This document shows positions 1-10,620 of a DNA stretch of 64,000 nt, one piece after another. A program made the translations under genes and the position numbers. The notes beneath the pieces are model-generated. The model did no database searches. It was not told the origin of the DNA and saw nothing but the letters and a program-made list of their open reading frames with translations. Every line of letters starts with the position of its first letter. Positions within the stretch are counted from its first letter, which is position 1. This stretch comes from Podarcis cretensis (lineage: Eukaryota): contig OX638151.1 in assembly GCA_951804945.1 (NCBI GenBank), positions 63,984,001 to 64,048,000 on the forward strand. The letters are read 5' to 3'.

Positions 1-393
1 AACACCTAGATGGCCTACTTTGCCTTTCAAAATACCTTATAGCCCTCCTTTCAGCTGTCTGTGCAAACTCACGTGAAAACTAAACCTGTATTACTTATTT
101 TTACTAGCCCCTCTTCTGCCAACCTCTCATATGAGTAAAAAGCCAGCTAGCACTCGCCCACCTCTATAAAATAATAAAATGGGAGACTAGTAACTGCAAA
201 AGTTGTGCCACATTATCTGGGCTCCAAGTAAATATCCACAGAACTTGCATTAGAAGGGGCTAGACCCAATTCACACATGCTAGGGAACCAGTAAGACTGC
301 CTTGGGCACAACTCAGCTACGTTTGGGAGAAATTGTTTTGCTTCTCCAGGTTTCTACATTTTTTTAAAAAAGAGAGTATGGAATGGATCTTAC

Positions 394-516
394 AGTTTTG
401 ATGATTTATGTTCAAGTAATAGAGAGCAGCAGACTTTTGCAAGCCGGGGTTCTCTGAAAACGCCAAGGTCCTCAGAGCCTCTAGGGAGACCTTGCCAAGT
501 GGTGACATTTCAAAAC
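394..516 (-). CDS. Vac8-like armadillo-repeat protein, second coding exon (GFEMSPLGKVSLEALRTLAFSENPGLQKSAALYYLNINHQN); gene continues beyond window start
   Basis: Acceptor ctttcttaag|, donor |gtaaga, 123 nt, phase 1 to 1, in frame with the upstream exon. LEALRTLAFSENPGLQKSAAL matches recalled Vac8 ARM1 [21 protein letters not shown]. Confidence 0.8.
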
Positions 517-1361
517 CTTAAGAAAGATGTGATAATAACAGAGTCTGAATTGTGTCAGAAGAAGTTAAATACCTGAAGAGTCCAAATGCACAGAATTTAA
601 AGCAACAGATAAAACACGACAGAGACAAACTTCCATGTAGAAATATTCTCTCCTTTAAAATTAGCATACTAGATAGAGCTGAATTTTTGCAGTCCAAACC
701 TCATGTGAGAAAAAAGTTGTTATATATGCCAGTTTGTGAGAGTAGTTGGGACATTCCAAACTTGGATTTCTGTTACTGTATTTAGCAAACCAGCTTAGCC
801 ATGCTATTTCCTTGATTATCAAGGATGAAAACAAAAGATGGGAGCACTTAAGAGTTGGAAGAAGTGGACAGCATTCCATTTGATGTCTTTCTGTTTTCAA
901 ATAATAAATTCAACTCCAATCCTCTAATACCTAATAGGTTTTTACAGAGAGTATTTCAATGTTGGCTTAGGAAAGTGCTCGTGCTTGTAGCAAAAGTACG
1001 ATATGTGTTTGTTAGTCTTTTAAGATGCCACAATATTTCTTGTTGCTTTTATGCAAGAGGCTAACAGGTCTACCCCTTGCTATGATGCCTTTTGTAGAAC
1101 TGGGATTTCAAATGCTGAATGAGAGTAATTTAATCAATCGGCCTGGAACTGGGATCCACTGCTTTGTCTGAATATTTGGTGCTGGTGAAATACTGGTTCC
1201 CCCATTCTCCCTTCATTGCTTATAAGAGCAGAAGCATAAACAGCTCTGTGTCATTCACTTTATACGATCACTGAACTGCATGATCTTAAACAAAGCAACC
1301 GAGCTCAAGTAAACATCTCTCCAACTTTGGCTGCCCCACCTTCATAACAGAAACTTCTCAC

Positions 1362-1587
1362 CTCTTTCAATGTGCTGCAGAAACTCCTGAGCAATCTCCT
1401 CTTCCTGGGTCCGAAGGGCAGGCTTGTATAGCTGCTTTGTTTTAAAGTTTTTCCGTTTCAGACAGGGGCACTCATGGATCTGACCCAAGCACTCCTGAAT
1501 ATCCTGCACCAGACCCGAAGACAGTGTTTTTACTGAGAGAGCCAAGTCACAAAGCAACTGGACACACTTTGTACACAGCTGACCCAT
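1362..1587 (-). CDS. Vac8-like armadillo-repeat protein, first coding exon (MGQLCTKC...QEFLQHIER-G)
   Basis: ATG in strong Kozak context (atcATGG). Exon is 226 nt and ends at a GAG|GTGAGA donor in phase 1. Its C-terminal part LYKPALRTQEEEIAQEFLQHIE resembles recalled fungal Vac8 YEPVLAxxEREAVxxLLxYLE. Confidence 0.8.
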
Positions 1588-2269
1588 GATTAACTTTCGG
1601 ATCCAACAGAAAATCAGAAATGCAGACTGAGAGTTTGTACTGCCACTGTTGCTTCTGTGTTCCCTTGTACTGGCAGATTGCGATCTAGATAACTCAAAAA
1701 ATAATTATCTAGACAAGTTGGAAGGGAAAGCTACTGCTGCTTTCTGTGTTCAAGCAGCATGGCTGAGCAAAATCTAACCACTGTTCTCTCTTGCGAAGCA
1801 TAAGAAATACTTTTAAAACTTTAGGCTGCAGCCAGTGGTGATCACCTTTCCTCTATCTTAGGAAGGAGAAAAATTAGGCGGTCAAACAAAAACAGTACAT
1901 TCAGAATCCACCTCTGTTCTGTAGCAGAGAAATCATGTTTTGTAAGCCAAGAATAAGGTCAACTGTTTTGGAAGGCTAGCAGCACCAGCCTCTGGGATAA
2001 CAAACAAAAGAATGCTTGCATATTGTGGAGTGACATCATGGGTGAGGGTAGCACACCTGCTGGGCTCCACCTCTACAACTGAACTGCCAATCAGAAAAGA
2101 CAAAAAATAATAATAAACTAACAAGAAATTCCAGTTTCTACCAGACAGAAACAATAGTACTGTCTGGTTGGCCAGCCAGCCATAATAGCTTTGAATACTT
2201 CACGTAGGCAAACGCAGAAGAATACACAAATGCAACCACAATCATTAATATTTAGTTTGCTGTCCCTCC

Positions 2270-2700
2270 CGCTCTGATGTCATCTGCAAATTTGATGAGT
2301 ATCCCCTCAATTCCTTCATCCAAGTTGCTTATAAGGACACCACAGGAGCCAACTCCTAGGGGCAAAACCCTGCAGCACCACACTTGCTACTTTTTTCCAG
2401 GATGATGGGGAAACAATGGGTCTTAGTAATCACAGCATCATTTTCCTACTACCTACATCAAGTTGACCAGTTTGTAGTTACCGGGGGGGGGGGGGAGGGG
2501 GAGGAGGAGGAAACATTTGCCCGCCTCCAGTCTGCAGGGACCTAAACCTAACCTGTTCTCCAAGAATTCTCAAAGATTATAGACAGAGGCTTTGAGATTA
2601 CACCCACAAGCTCCTTTAGTAGCCTTGGATGCAGCTCATCAGGCCCTGGAGATTTGAATTCATTTAAAGTAGCTTAGCTGTTTCTTTACCACCTCTTTTC
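2270..2700 (-). mobile_element. Degenerate CR1 LINE fragments (RT domain remnants)
   Basis: Minus strand encodes LIKFADD (about 2279-2299) and KSPGPDELHPR (about 2620-2655), typical CR1 ORF2 motifs. Confidence 0.75.
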
Positions 2701-2766
2701 TTATCTTAGTCTGTCCTGACTTCTATTAAGCCAAATTTCATCCTCACTTCCTGGCCACTGCCTCCA

Positions 2767-2913
2767 ATCATAGAATATTAGAATTGTAGAGTTGGAAGGA
2801 ACTACAAGAATCATCTAGCCCAACCCCTGCAATGCAGGAACCTTTTGCCCAACATTGGACTCGAACTCACAGCCCTGAGATTAAGAGTCTCATGCTCTAC
2901 CAACTGAGCTATC
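2767..2913 (-). mobile_element. tRNA-Lys-derived SINE with CR1-type 3' tail (POM-SINE-like)
   Basis: Minus strand: GATAGCTCAGTTGGTAGAGCATGAGACTCTTAATCTCAGGG...GTTCGAG head (tRNA-Lys CTT-like, A/B boxes), followed by CCTTCCAAC...ATTCTATGAT CR1 tail. Confidence 0.85.
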
Positions 2914-2954
2914 ACAATCAGTACATGAAATCCTACATAAAATAAATATAAATA

Positions 2955-3315
2955 CCGTATTTTTTGCCCTATAGGACGCACCGTCCCATAAGGTGCACCT
3001 AGTTTTTTTGGGGGGAAACAAAGGGGAAAAAAATTTTTCCCCCAGGCGTGGGGCTGGGGCGGGGGAAGCCCAAGCTTTCCCCGACCCCAGCCCCCAGAAC
3101 AGGCAACTCTCCGCAAGCCGTGGGAGCCCAGCACCGGGCTCCTGCGCTTTGCGGAGAGCTGCGCGAAGCCTGGAGAGCGAGAGGGGTCAGTGCACACCGA
3201 CCCCTCTCGCTCTCCAGGCTTCAGCGAAAGCCTGCATTTGCCCCATAGGACGCACACATATTTCCCCTTCATTTTTGGAGGGGGGAAAGTGCGTCCTATA
3301 GGGCAAAAAATACGG
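2955..3315. mobile_element. Tc1/mariner-superfamily (Tc2/pogo-like) MITE
   Basis: Perfect terminal inverted repeat CCGTATTTTTTGCCCTATAGGACGCAC, TA target duplication (2953-54, 3316-17), GC-rich internal hairpins. Confidence 0.9.
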
Positions 3316-4298
3316 TACCACATGGTGCAAATATTCCATTTATTCCAAAGGCCTGAATGCATAAATGCCCTTCAAATGGCAACAAATTGACAATACTGAA
3401 GGGGGCAGTCATTTCAACAATGGGAGGTATTTCCACAATTGTGGTGCTGTCACAGAGAAGGTCCTGCTCTGCATATGGGCAACACCTATCGCCAGCATAG
3501 CAAGCAGGGATGCGCTTGGTCGAAAACGTGGGTTGGGAAAGGCAGTCTGCCAAGCATTTAGACAATGAGATGCTCAGGGCTGTATACACATCAAAACCTT
3601 AAATTAGGGCTGGTAACATTTGCAGGAAATAGAAAAATGATAAAAAGCACCCTCCATCTCCACCACCTCCTCTCATTCTCTCACTTAATCATATCCACCC
3701 TCTCAAATTCAGAGCCCAATGCAAAGAGCTGATGACCTTTAAAGCTGTTCATTGTTTGGGACCAAAGTATCTGAAAGATTGCCTCTATTTATTACTTTAT
3801 TTTACTTGCTTTCACTTATTTCTCCCCTGGAAATGTATGATCTGAAGCACTTTTCTGGAAAACACAGTGGTAGCAGAATGGCCAACTTGATTTTATTCCT
3901 TTAAGGTCAGCACTACCTTGACATGCAAAACATAAGCCAATGAAGATGGTCATGTGATACATTCAGGAGTAAGTCCGCTGGATCACAGTGGGACTTACCG
4001 GTACTTCTAAGTATACATACGGGTATAGCTGTGCCCTGAATAACTTGACCTCATAAATTATTGCTTGTTAATCTGCTGGATCACAGGAATGGAACCACTA
4101 CAAAGAGTGGGGACACTGTGAGCCCTGGTTCTGCCTAGTGTTAACTATCCTGCCCCAGCTGTCAGTCTCCCATCCCTAATCCCAGCTGTATATTCCCTCT
4201 ACTTCCATTTTTATTCTATGCATTTGTTTTATAACTTATACTATTAGTATTAGTAAATAATAATAATAATACTATACTGTACTATACTATACTATACT

Positions 4299-4460
4299 CA
4301 GTGCTTTTTTCTAAAACAGTGTTTAGGAATACTATCATTTTGACTCAAGAAAATCACCATTTTATAGTTCAAAATGGGAAAAATAAATACAGTAAATGGA
4401 CAAAAGCACAAAGGTTCAAAAAATGTATAGGGGACCCCTGCATCCCCCCAGAAAAAACAC
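4299..4460. mobile_element. Short hAT-like MITE embedded in an (ATACT)n microsatellite
   Basis: Termini CAGTGCTTTTTTCT ... AGAAAAAACAC (imperfect TIR, right end eroded); ATACT repeats on both sides. Confidence 0.65.
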
Positions 4461-4525
4461 ATACTATACTATACTATACTATACTATACTATACTATACT
4501 ATACTATACTATACTGCACTATACC
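4461..4525. repeat. (ATACT)n pentanucleotide microsatellite (also 4269-4298)
   Basis: Directly visible tandem ATACT units. Confidence 0.95.
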
Positions 4526-5307
4526 TAAATTGCTTATACTTATACTATTACTAAGTGATATATAACGATAGCAGCATGAGTGAAGAGTGCCACCTATTGA
4601 TATGTTCTGTCCTTAGAGTCACAAAGTATACAATACGGCTTCTTTCCCTACCTATTCAATTTTGTAAAGACCCACAATGTACAAGCAATAGATGACAGAA
4701 GCTGCTTTATTTCTTTCGTAAATTGTTGCTTATAAGGTATTTACAAGAGGTGTGCTTTGGCTCTCTGTGAAGCCCAAATGACAATGTGAAATGAGGGATT
4801 TGGACAGTTTGTACGTGCCCAGGTCAGATTGTGCTGTTAATAAGGTGTCTCATGTTGAAACAGGGATACTCTAAAGTCCCAAGTCACTTTGTGGACTTAA
4901 GTGCTCATTTATGGCAAAACCATGCCAGCTAGGCAAACACCATAACCTTGAGTGGGGAAGGAATTGAGAGGTTGGGAGCATCTTTCATTTTGATGGATGG
5001 ACAAGTCTAGGTTTTAATAACAGTGGATCATTTCCCCAGGACACTCCATGTGAAAATGGATAGGGTCAGTTAGCCAGTTTTAAAAGATGGGTTCTATGAA
5101 ATCGAAATGCTAAGTAATGATGGTTGGGATTGATGGGGATGGAACTGATGATGGCTGGGAAATGTGCTCAGTGTTAGCCCCAAAGGTACAGAAGCTCACT
5201 GGATGGCAAGGAACAACTTGCTGTCTCTCAGTCCAACCTACATTAAATGGATGTTGTGATGCTACAACGCTGTTCTAAAACAATAAGAAGAGTCTTGTGG
5301 CACCTTA

Positions 5308-5550
5308 AAGGTAAAGGTAAAGGGACCCCTGACCATTAGGTCCAGTTGTGGCCGACTCTGGGGTTGCGGCGCTCATCTCGCTTTATTGGCTGAGGGAGCC
5401 GGTGTACAGCTTCCGGGTCATGTGGCCAGCATGACTAAGCCGCTTCTGGCGAACCAGAGCAGCGCACGGAAACACAGTTTACCTTCCCACCAGAGCGGCA
5501 CCTATTTATCTACTTGCACTTTGACGTGCTTTCGAACTGCTAGGCTGGCA
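5308..5550 (-). mobile_element. Sauria SINE, 5'-truncated
   Basis: (ACCTTT)n tail on minus strand and core GGGACCCCTGACCATTAGGTCCAGT...CTATTTATCTACTTGCAC. TSD TGGCACCTTA at 5298-5307 and 5546-5555. Confidence 0.9.
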
Positions 5551-5869
5551 CCTTACAGGGTATCAAATTAATTGTGGCATGAATTTGTTTTAAGATGCCA
5601 CAGAACTATTTATTCTTTTTGCAGCAACGGACTCAAAAGACTGAAAAATGCCGTTCTATACTTTTCCCAAGAAAGGGCAGAATAAGCTAAAAAGAGAAGT
5701 GCAAAGTAGGAGGCTGTACAGTATCCTGGATTTGGACCAAGGAACGCAGCTCAATGGCTGGTTTTAAGGCAGTTACACAATTTCCCTGCTAACCCTATGC
5801 ACGAACATTTTCCTAAATGAGCAACATAATGAGAACCCGAAATTATCTGCCCTTATGTTTTCCCCAAAA

Positions 5870-7150
5870 CTATGGCGTAATCCCGCAGCTATAGCAAAAC
5901 TCTGAAGACTCGAGCAATCAACCCTATTTTTTACCCGTGATTTGTTGCGCAGACGATAACTAACAAGAAAAAAAAGCGCGACAGGCGCATGCGCCTCAGC
6001 AGCATAGGCTTTTCCCTCTCCCTGCGTCCTTCCAACGCAAGCAAAGATCATGTGACGCCGAAGACTTCCTGCCAGGGCAGCTAGCGTCACTCACACCGCC
6101 TCGGCCGCTTCTTAACCGCCATCTTTCATACGGGTAGCCGGGGACGCCAAGGTAAAGAGGTCATATTTCCTCTCCGCCCTTTCTCCGAGCGGAAGTGATG
6201 CCATCGTGCTATTCTAACGTCGCAGAAAGTGGTTTTCTCTCTCTATGGTTCTTCCTTCCTCTCTGTCTCTCTCCCCCGCCGCCCCCCATTTCTTTTCCTT
6301 CGCCGTGACTGGAAATGGCCGCCGAGCGGTAGAGAGCCGAACGGAGCTGTCGCTCAGAGAAGGGTGAGCCATAGCCAACGCAGGACTTCGAACGGCCCGA
6401 GGAGGGCTGGAGCCAGAGAGGTCTTCTGCCTGCTCGGGTTCTTCCTCGGACGCCATGGGTGCCGCTCCCTCCAAACGCCCCCCCCCCGCCAGCTTTTGGA
6501 GCTCCGGCGCGAGAAGCCTCGTTAGCGCGCTCGGCAACTCTCCCTCTCCCCCCGCCCCCGCTTCCAGACGCCGTTATTTTTTGAAAAAATCCCTCGAGTT
6601 CTTCCCTTCGCAACCCCCCTCCCTTTTTCTAACTGAAGGCGGGGGAGGGGCTTGGTCTGCCTCACAAGAGCGGGAGGAACGGAGGGGGAGGGGGACTAGA
6701 GGCGGCTCCCATCTCCCTCACACGCACACACTGCGCGCAGCCTCCCTTGTTTGGACCAGGGCCCGTCATCTCTCCCCGTTCCCTCCCGCCTCTTTCCCCC
6801 ATGGGGCGGGGGGGAGGAAACAGGTAGGCCGGAACGAGGCCGGCTGGGCGGGGCCAAAGACAGCGGCCCGCCTCGCCCCTCGAGAGCAGGCGGGGGGGGG
6901 GCGTCGCTTTCTCTTTAGTCTTTTCCGCGCGACGAGCGGCGCCTGATAACGTTTTAACTTGCCTCCATCTTTCGCCACCCCGACCAGTTAGTTGAAGGGC
7001 GACGAGGTGTAGTAGCTAGGGGGAAGGCGAGTCCTTGGCAGCCTCCCGGCATACTAGCCGCACCGAGGGCCCTAAATGGATGCCTCGAACACGCGTGTCG
7101 GCATGCACGTGCCCTGCCAGACAGCTGCTCGTAACTGGCTGCGGCTCCTA
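5870..7150. promoter_or_regulatory. CpG-island promoter of BCLAF1
   Basis: High CpG/GC content. NRF1 GCGCATGCGC 5985-5994, TCATGTGAC 6048-6056, YY1 CCGCCATCTT 6116-6125, ETS/GABP CGGAAGTG 6190-6197. Confidence 0.85.
6200..6363 (+). other. BCLAF1: BCLAF1 exon 1 (5' UTR; start approximate)
   Basis: Lies within the CpG island downstream of ETS/YY1 sites; donor AGG|GTGAGC at 6363/6364. Confidence 0.65.
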
Positions 7151-9712
7151 GTTGAGCACCAGACCTTTTGTTGAGAAAGGCGAAAAGGTGTGCAGAGTAA
7201 TCAGTGGATCGTGCCTTCTTCACACAGTGCCAGGACTCTGGGCAAGTCCGCACAATTAAACTTGCTTCCAAGTGATGCTCAAGAGTGTTTCCAGGGAGGC
7301 CTTATCTTGAAGAAATGGGGTGTATCCTTAAGAATTTCATTCCCAACAGATACAAAAAATGACTTATCACAGTAATTGCAGTATCTTTCAACTGCAGCAG
7401 TGTGTGGATATTGCTCCAGGCTCATGCAAATGTCCTCTGAGAGCAGCATCTGGAGGTAAAATTTACAGTGTGATCCAAGCCCTTTCAATTCATTTCATGT
7501 GATTGAGCTTACCCAAGTCAAAGCAAGAAAAGAGTTGTTAATTATGACTTTTCCCCATTCTCCACAGTGAACTTGGTATAATTATTATTTGGCACTTGGG
7601 AAGCTGCCTTACACCAAGTCAGCTCATTCGTCTATCTAGCTCAGTAGTGTCTTCACTGACAGGCAGCTGCACTCTGTGGTTCCAGTCTTTCCTTGCTGTA
7701 TCTGGGGCATACCAATCAGCAGTTGCTCTATCACTGAGCTATGGTTCCTTGATATGGTATACTTCCTTCTTTAAGTATTAAGACTTTAAAATAGCATTAT
7801 GGGAGATTGTATTAGCAAATTGTATTAGGGCTTGTACCTGTACTTTCACACAGGAAAGAAAAGACTTCACTATTAGGCTGCAACACTTTCCAAATTATGA
7901 TGGCAAGGAACAGGTCACATACCTGAGAAGGTTTTACTTTCAGAGTGTAAATGTCAGGATTACTTGCTCTCCTGTTCTGAAAGCTGGTAAGCCTAGCTCA
8001 GTGACTCACACTGAGATGGAACAGGCAGCCTACTCTGTCTGCATCAGAAGTAATTGAATGGTCAAGTCACACTTGATAGTGGTGGTAGAATTTTCCAACA
8101 TCAGCAGAGGCTTATCAGAAAAAACAAGCTGGATCAGTAAATCATGCAAATGCACCAGGAACACTCCTTAATGAATGGGTGTGTCATGCTTATTATTTTA
8201 ACCGCTCTAACTGCTGTACCAAACTAGCTCTCATTTATGTATCTTGGGAGTGTGTGTGCTGGAGGGTGGCTCGTAGCTTTTGTTTTTTAATGTTTTCTTT
8301 AATGAGATTTGCAAGGACAATAAAAAATAAAACATCAAGCTGAAAAATTATTGAGTCCCTTCTTAAGAACTATACCTTGAGGGAAGACAGAAGGAAGAAG
8401 TTTAGATCAGGGAGCAGATTTCATCAGCTCCTGACAGAACCATCACAGTTCTACAGAACTCTTAGGCCAGCAGAAGGGTGGTATATAAATGACATAAATT
8501 TATATTTCTCATAGCAAGTTAGGCTACATTAAGGTTTTCTCCATTTCATATTAGGCTGAGCATCTTAGAGTTATTGCTGTAGGGTTAATAAGTAACAGCA
8601 CTGTTACTTACTAGTCAGAACTTTTTTTGAAGAGAGTCCGTTGTACTCTCCTTTTAAAAGTGTTAGAAGTATAAATCACTTTAAAAGTGGCTAGTAAGTG
8701 GTGCAGATTAGTATGTGCAGTATTTTTCTCCCATTATGGATTTGTCATAGACTTGCAGTTCTGGAAGAATTGTGAAGTTCTGGAAGAATTGTGAGATGTG
8801 TTCATTTGAGTTGGTTGTTACCAGATAACATTAAAAATGTGTGATTAATTTTAATCTGGCTTTTTAAAATAAAAAAGTTCATTTTTATTTTGCTAAATGT
8901 CTGGGCTTACATTGCTTGGTCTGAGGACACACATTGAAGCTTAAGTTAAACAGGTCTGGTTACTAGTTAGCACTTGGGTGGGAGACCACCTGATAATTCC
9001 ATATATGCCACTTTGAGCTCTATGATGAAATGAAGACAGGATATAAATGCACTAAATAAAATAAATTCTTTAACTATGCTGGAATACTGAAAATTACATT
9101 CATATTCAGAAAAGAGGCAGGTATTGAGGTATAAGCAACCGTATATGTTGAGCATATATTTTTTGTGATTCATTGAGAGCTCTTACATACAGAAAATATA
9201 CCATTGTTCAGCACTTTAGGCGGATTAGGCACTGCATTCAGAGGCAAAGAGCATTGGCACCTTCACATCAGGACAGGGCCTTAGATTTAGGTTTCCTGTT
9301 GCTCCCAAGCAGGTAAGGGGCTCTGACTAAGCTCTGGCTTTTATGCCCCAAACCCAAACCTCTTTATTAATTTGTGGCACCACAATAGGTGGTGGCACTA
9401 GGATAGGTTACTGTAAGATACAAGAACGTTGTGATACAATGCTTATATATTCTTACTGAGCAATTTTTGGAAAGGCCAATAAATTAAGTCAATTTGAACA
9501 TGTACTGTATTTCTGAACAATCAACTTAAACTCAGCAGGCTGTGAGACAGTGTTGCACTGAGTAAATGCTACTCTGAGTTTGAAACAACATAACCCACCA
9601 CATCAGACTGTGCTTCAGATCTTCTCTGTTTAAATACTTCAAGCATTTTTTAAAACCTGTATTAACTATGCAGTCAAATAACATCTGCTTTTGTTTTGTT
9701 TTTTAAAAACAG

Positions 9713-9776
9713 GAATTAAACATTTGAGTGCATACCAAGAATTTTAAATCCATTTCTTGTCTAGCAGGATTGCAAG
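9713..9776 (+). other. BCLAF1: BCLAF1 exon 2 (5' UTR)
   Basis: T-rich acceptor ...aaacag| and donor AAG|GTAAGC; positioned between exon 1 and the ATG exon. Confidence 0.65.
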
Positions 9777-9824
9777 GTAAGCTAAATACTTAGCTATTTT
9801 AAATATTTTTAAGACCATTAAAAT

Positions 9825-9880
9825 GGAAGCCGCCCAGAGTGGCTGAGGAAACCCAGCCAGATGTGCAGGGTATAAATAAT
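9825..9880 (+). mobile_element. L2-type retroposon 3' tail fragment
   Basis: GCCGCCCAGAGTGGCTG...GGGTATAAATAAT stem-loop/tail typical of L2-mobilised squamate elements. Confidence 0.55.
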
Positions 9881-10516
9881 TTGTTGTTGTTGTTATTTTA
9901 TTAAACCATATATTTATAGTTTCATTTGGGGGGATGGAGTTTGCTGGCATCCATCTGTCTCAAGAGACAATAGAGTGCATCTCGGGGGGTGAATTCAAAC
10001 CTCTGGAGAATCACAGCACCTGCTGTGGCTACAAAGATTGGTACTTTGTAACTGCTCCCAAAAAGAATTGGTGTTTTGAGTGACTTTCTGAGTTATGGAT
10101 CAAAGGTAGATCTTTGGGGTAAAGAACAGTAGAGTAGTTAGTGACTATTTTTAGTTCAATATAGACAAGGATAAATGAAAGGTCTTTTTAATCAAGAAAG
10201 GAACAGCACACACACAAAAATGCATAAGCATTAAATGTATTTAGTGTGAATATTGAAAGAATAGTTGACATTTTTGTTCCCTGTTACCTATAGTGCTTTC
10301 CACTGATCTTTGCCATAATGTGGAACATAATGTTTGAGGATATTAGTGATAATTTGAAAAGTTTTTTTTGAAGGGTGGGATGGCTTCTTCTTGATTTTTT
10401 TTTTTAAAAAAACATAATTTACCACTATCCATATATGAATTGATCATCCTGAAACTAAGGTAATGTGTTTCAATTTACTATTTTCTATTTGGTAGGTGTA
10501 AGCTACTGGGGGAAAA

Positions 10517-10620
10517 ATGGGTCGCTCTAACACTAGATCACATTCTTCAAGATCAAAATCCAGATCACAGTCCAGTTCAAGGTCAAGATCCAGATCACAC
10601 TCTAGAAAAAAGAGATACAG
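10517..10620 (+). CDS. BCLAF1: BCLAF1 first coding exon (exon starts 10496; MGRSNTRSHSSRSKSRSQSSSRSRSRSHSRKKRYS)
   Basis: Characteristic BCLAF1 RS-rich N-terminus; ATG 10517; donor CAG|GTACAT, phase 2. Confidence 0.95.

Noticed and set aside
2845-2913. tRNA-Lys(CTT) gene on the minus strand
   Set aside because: Acceptor stem incomplete and T-arm mutated; fused directly to a CR1-type tail, so it is a SINE head.
6209-7271. Multiple 100-160 aa ORFs over the BCLAF1 promoter
   Set aside because: Low-complexity G/R/P/A frames expected in a stop-poor CpG island; no recognisable homology.
8757-8794. Short tandem duplications (here; also about 41136-41176 and 45456-45498)
   Set aside because: Ordinary two-copy slippage duplications of about 20 bp in introns.
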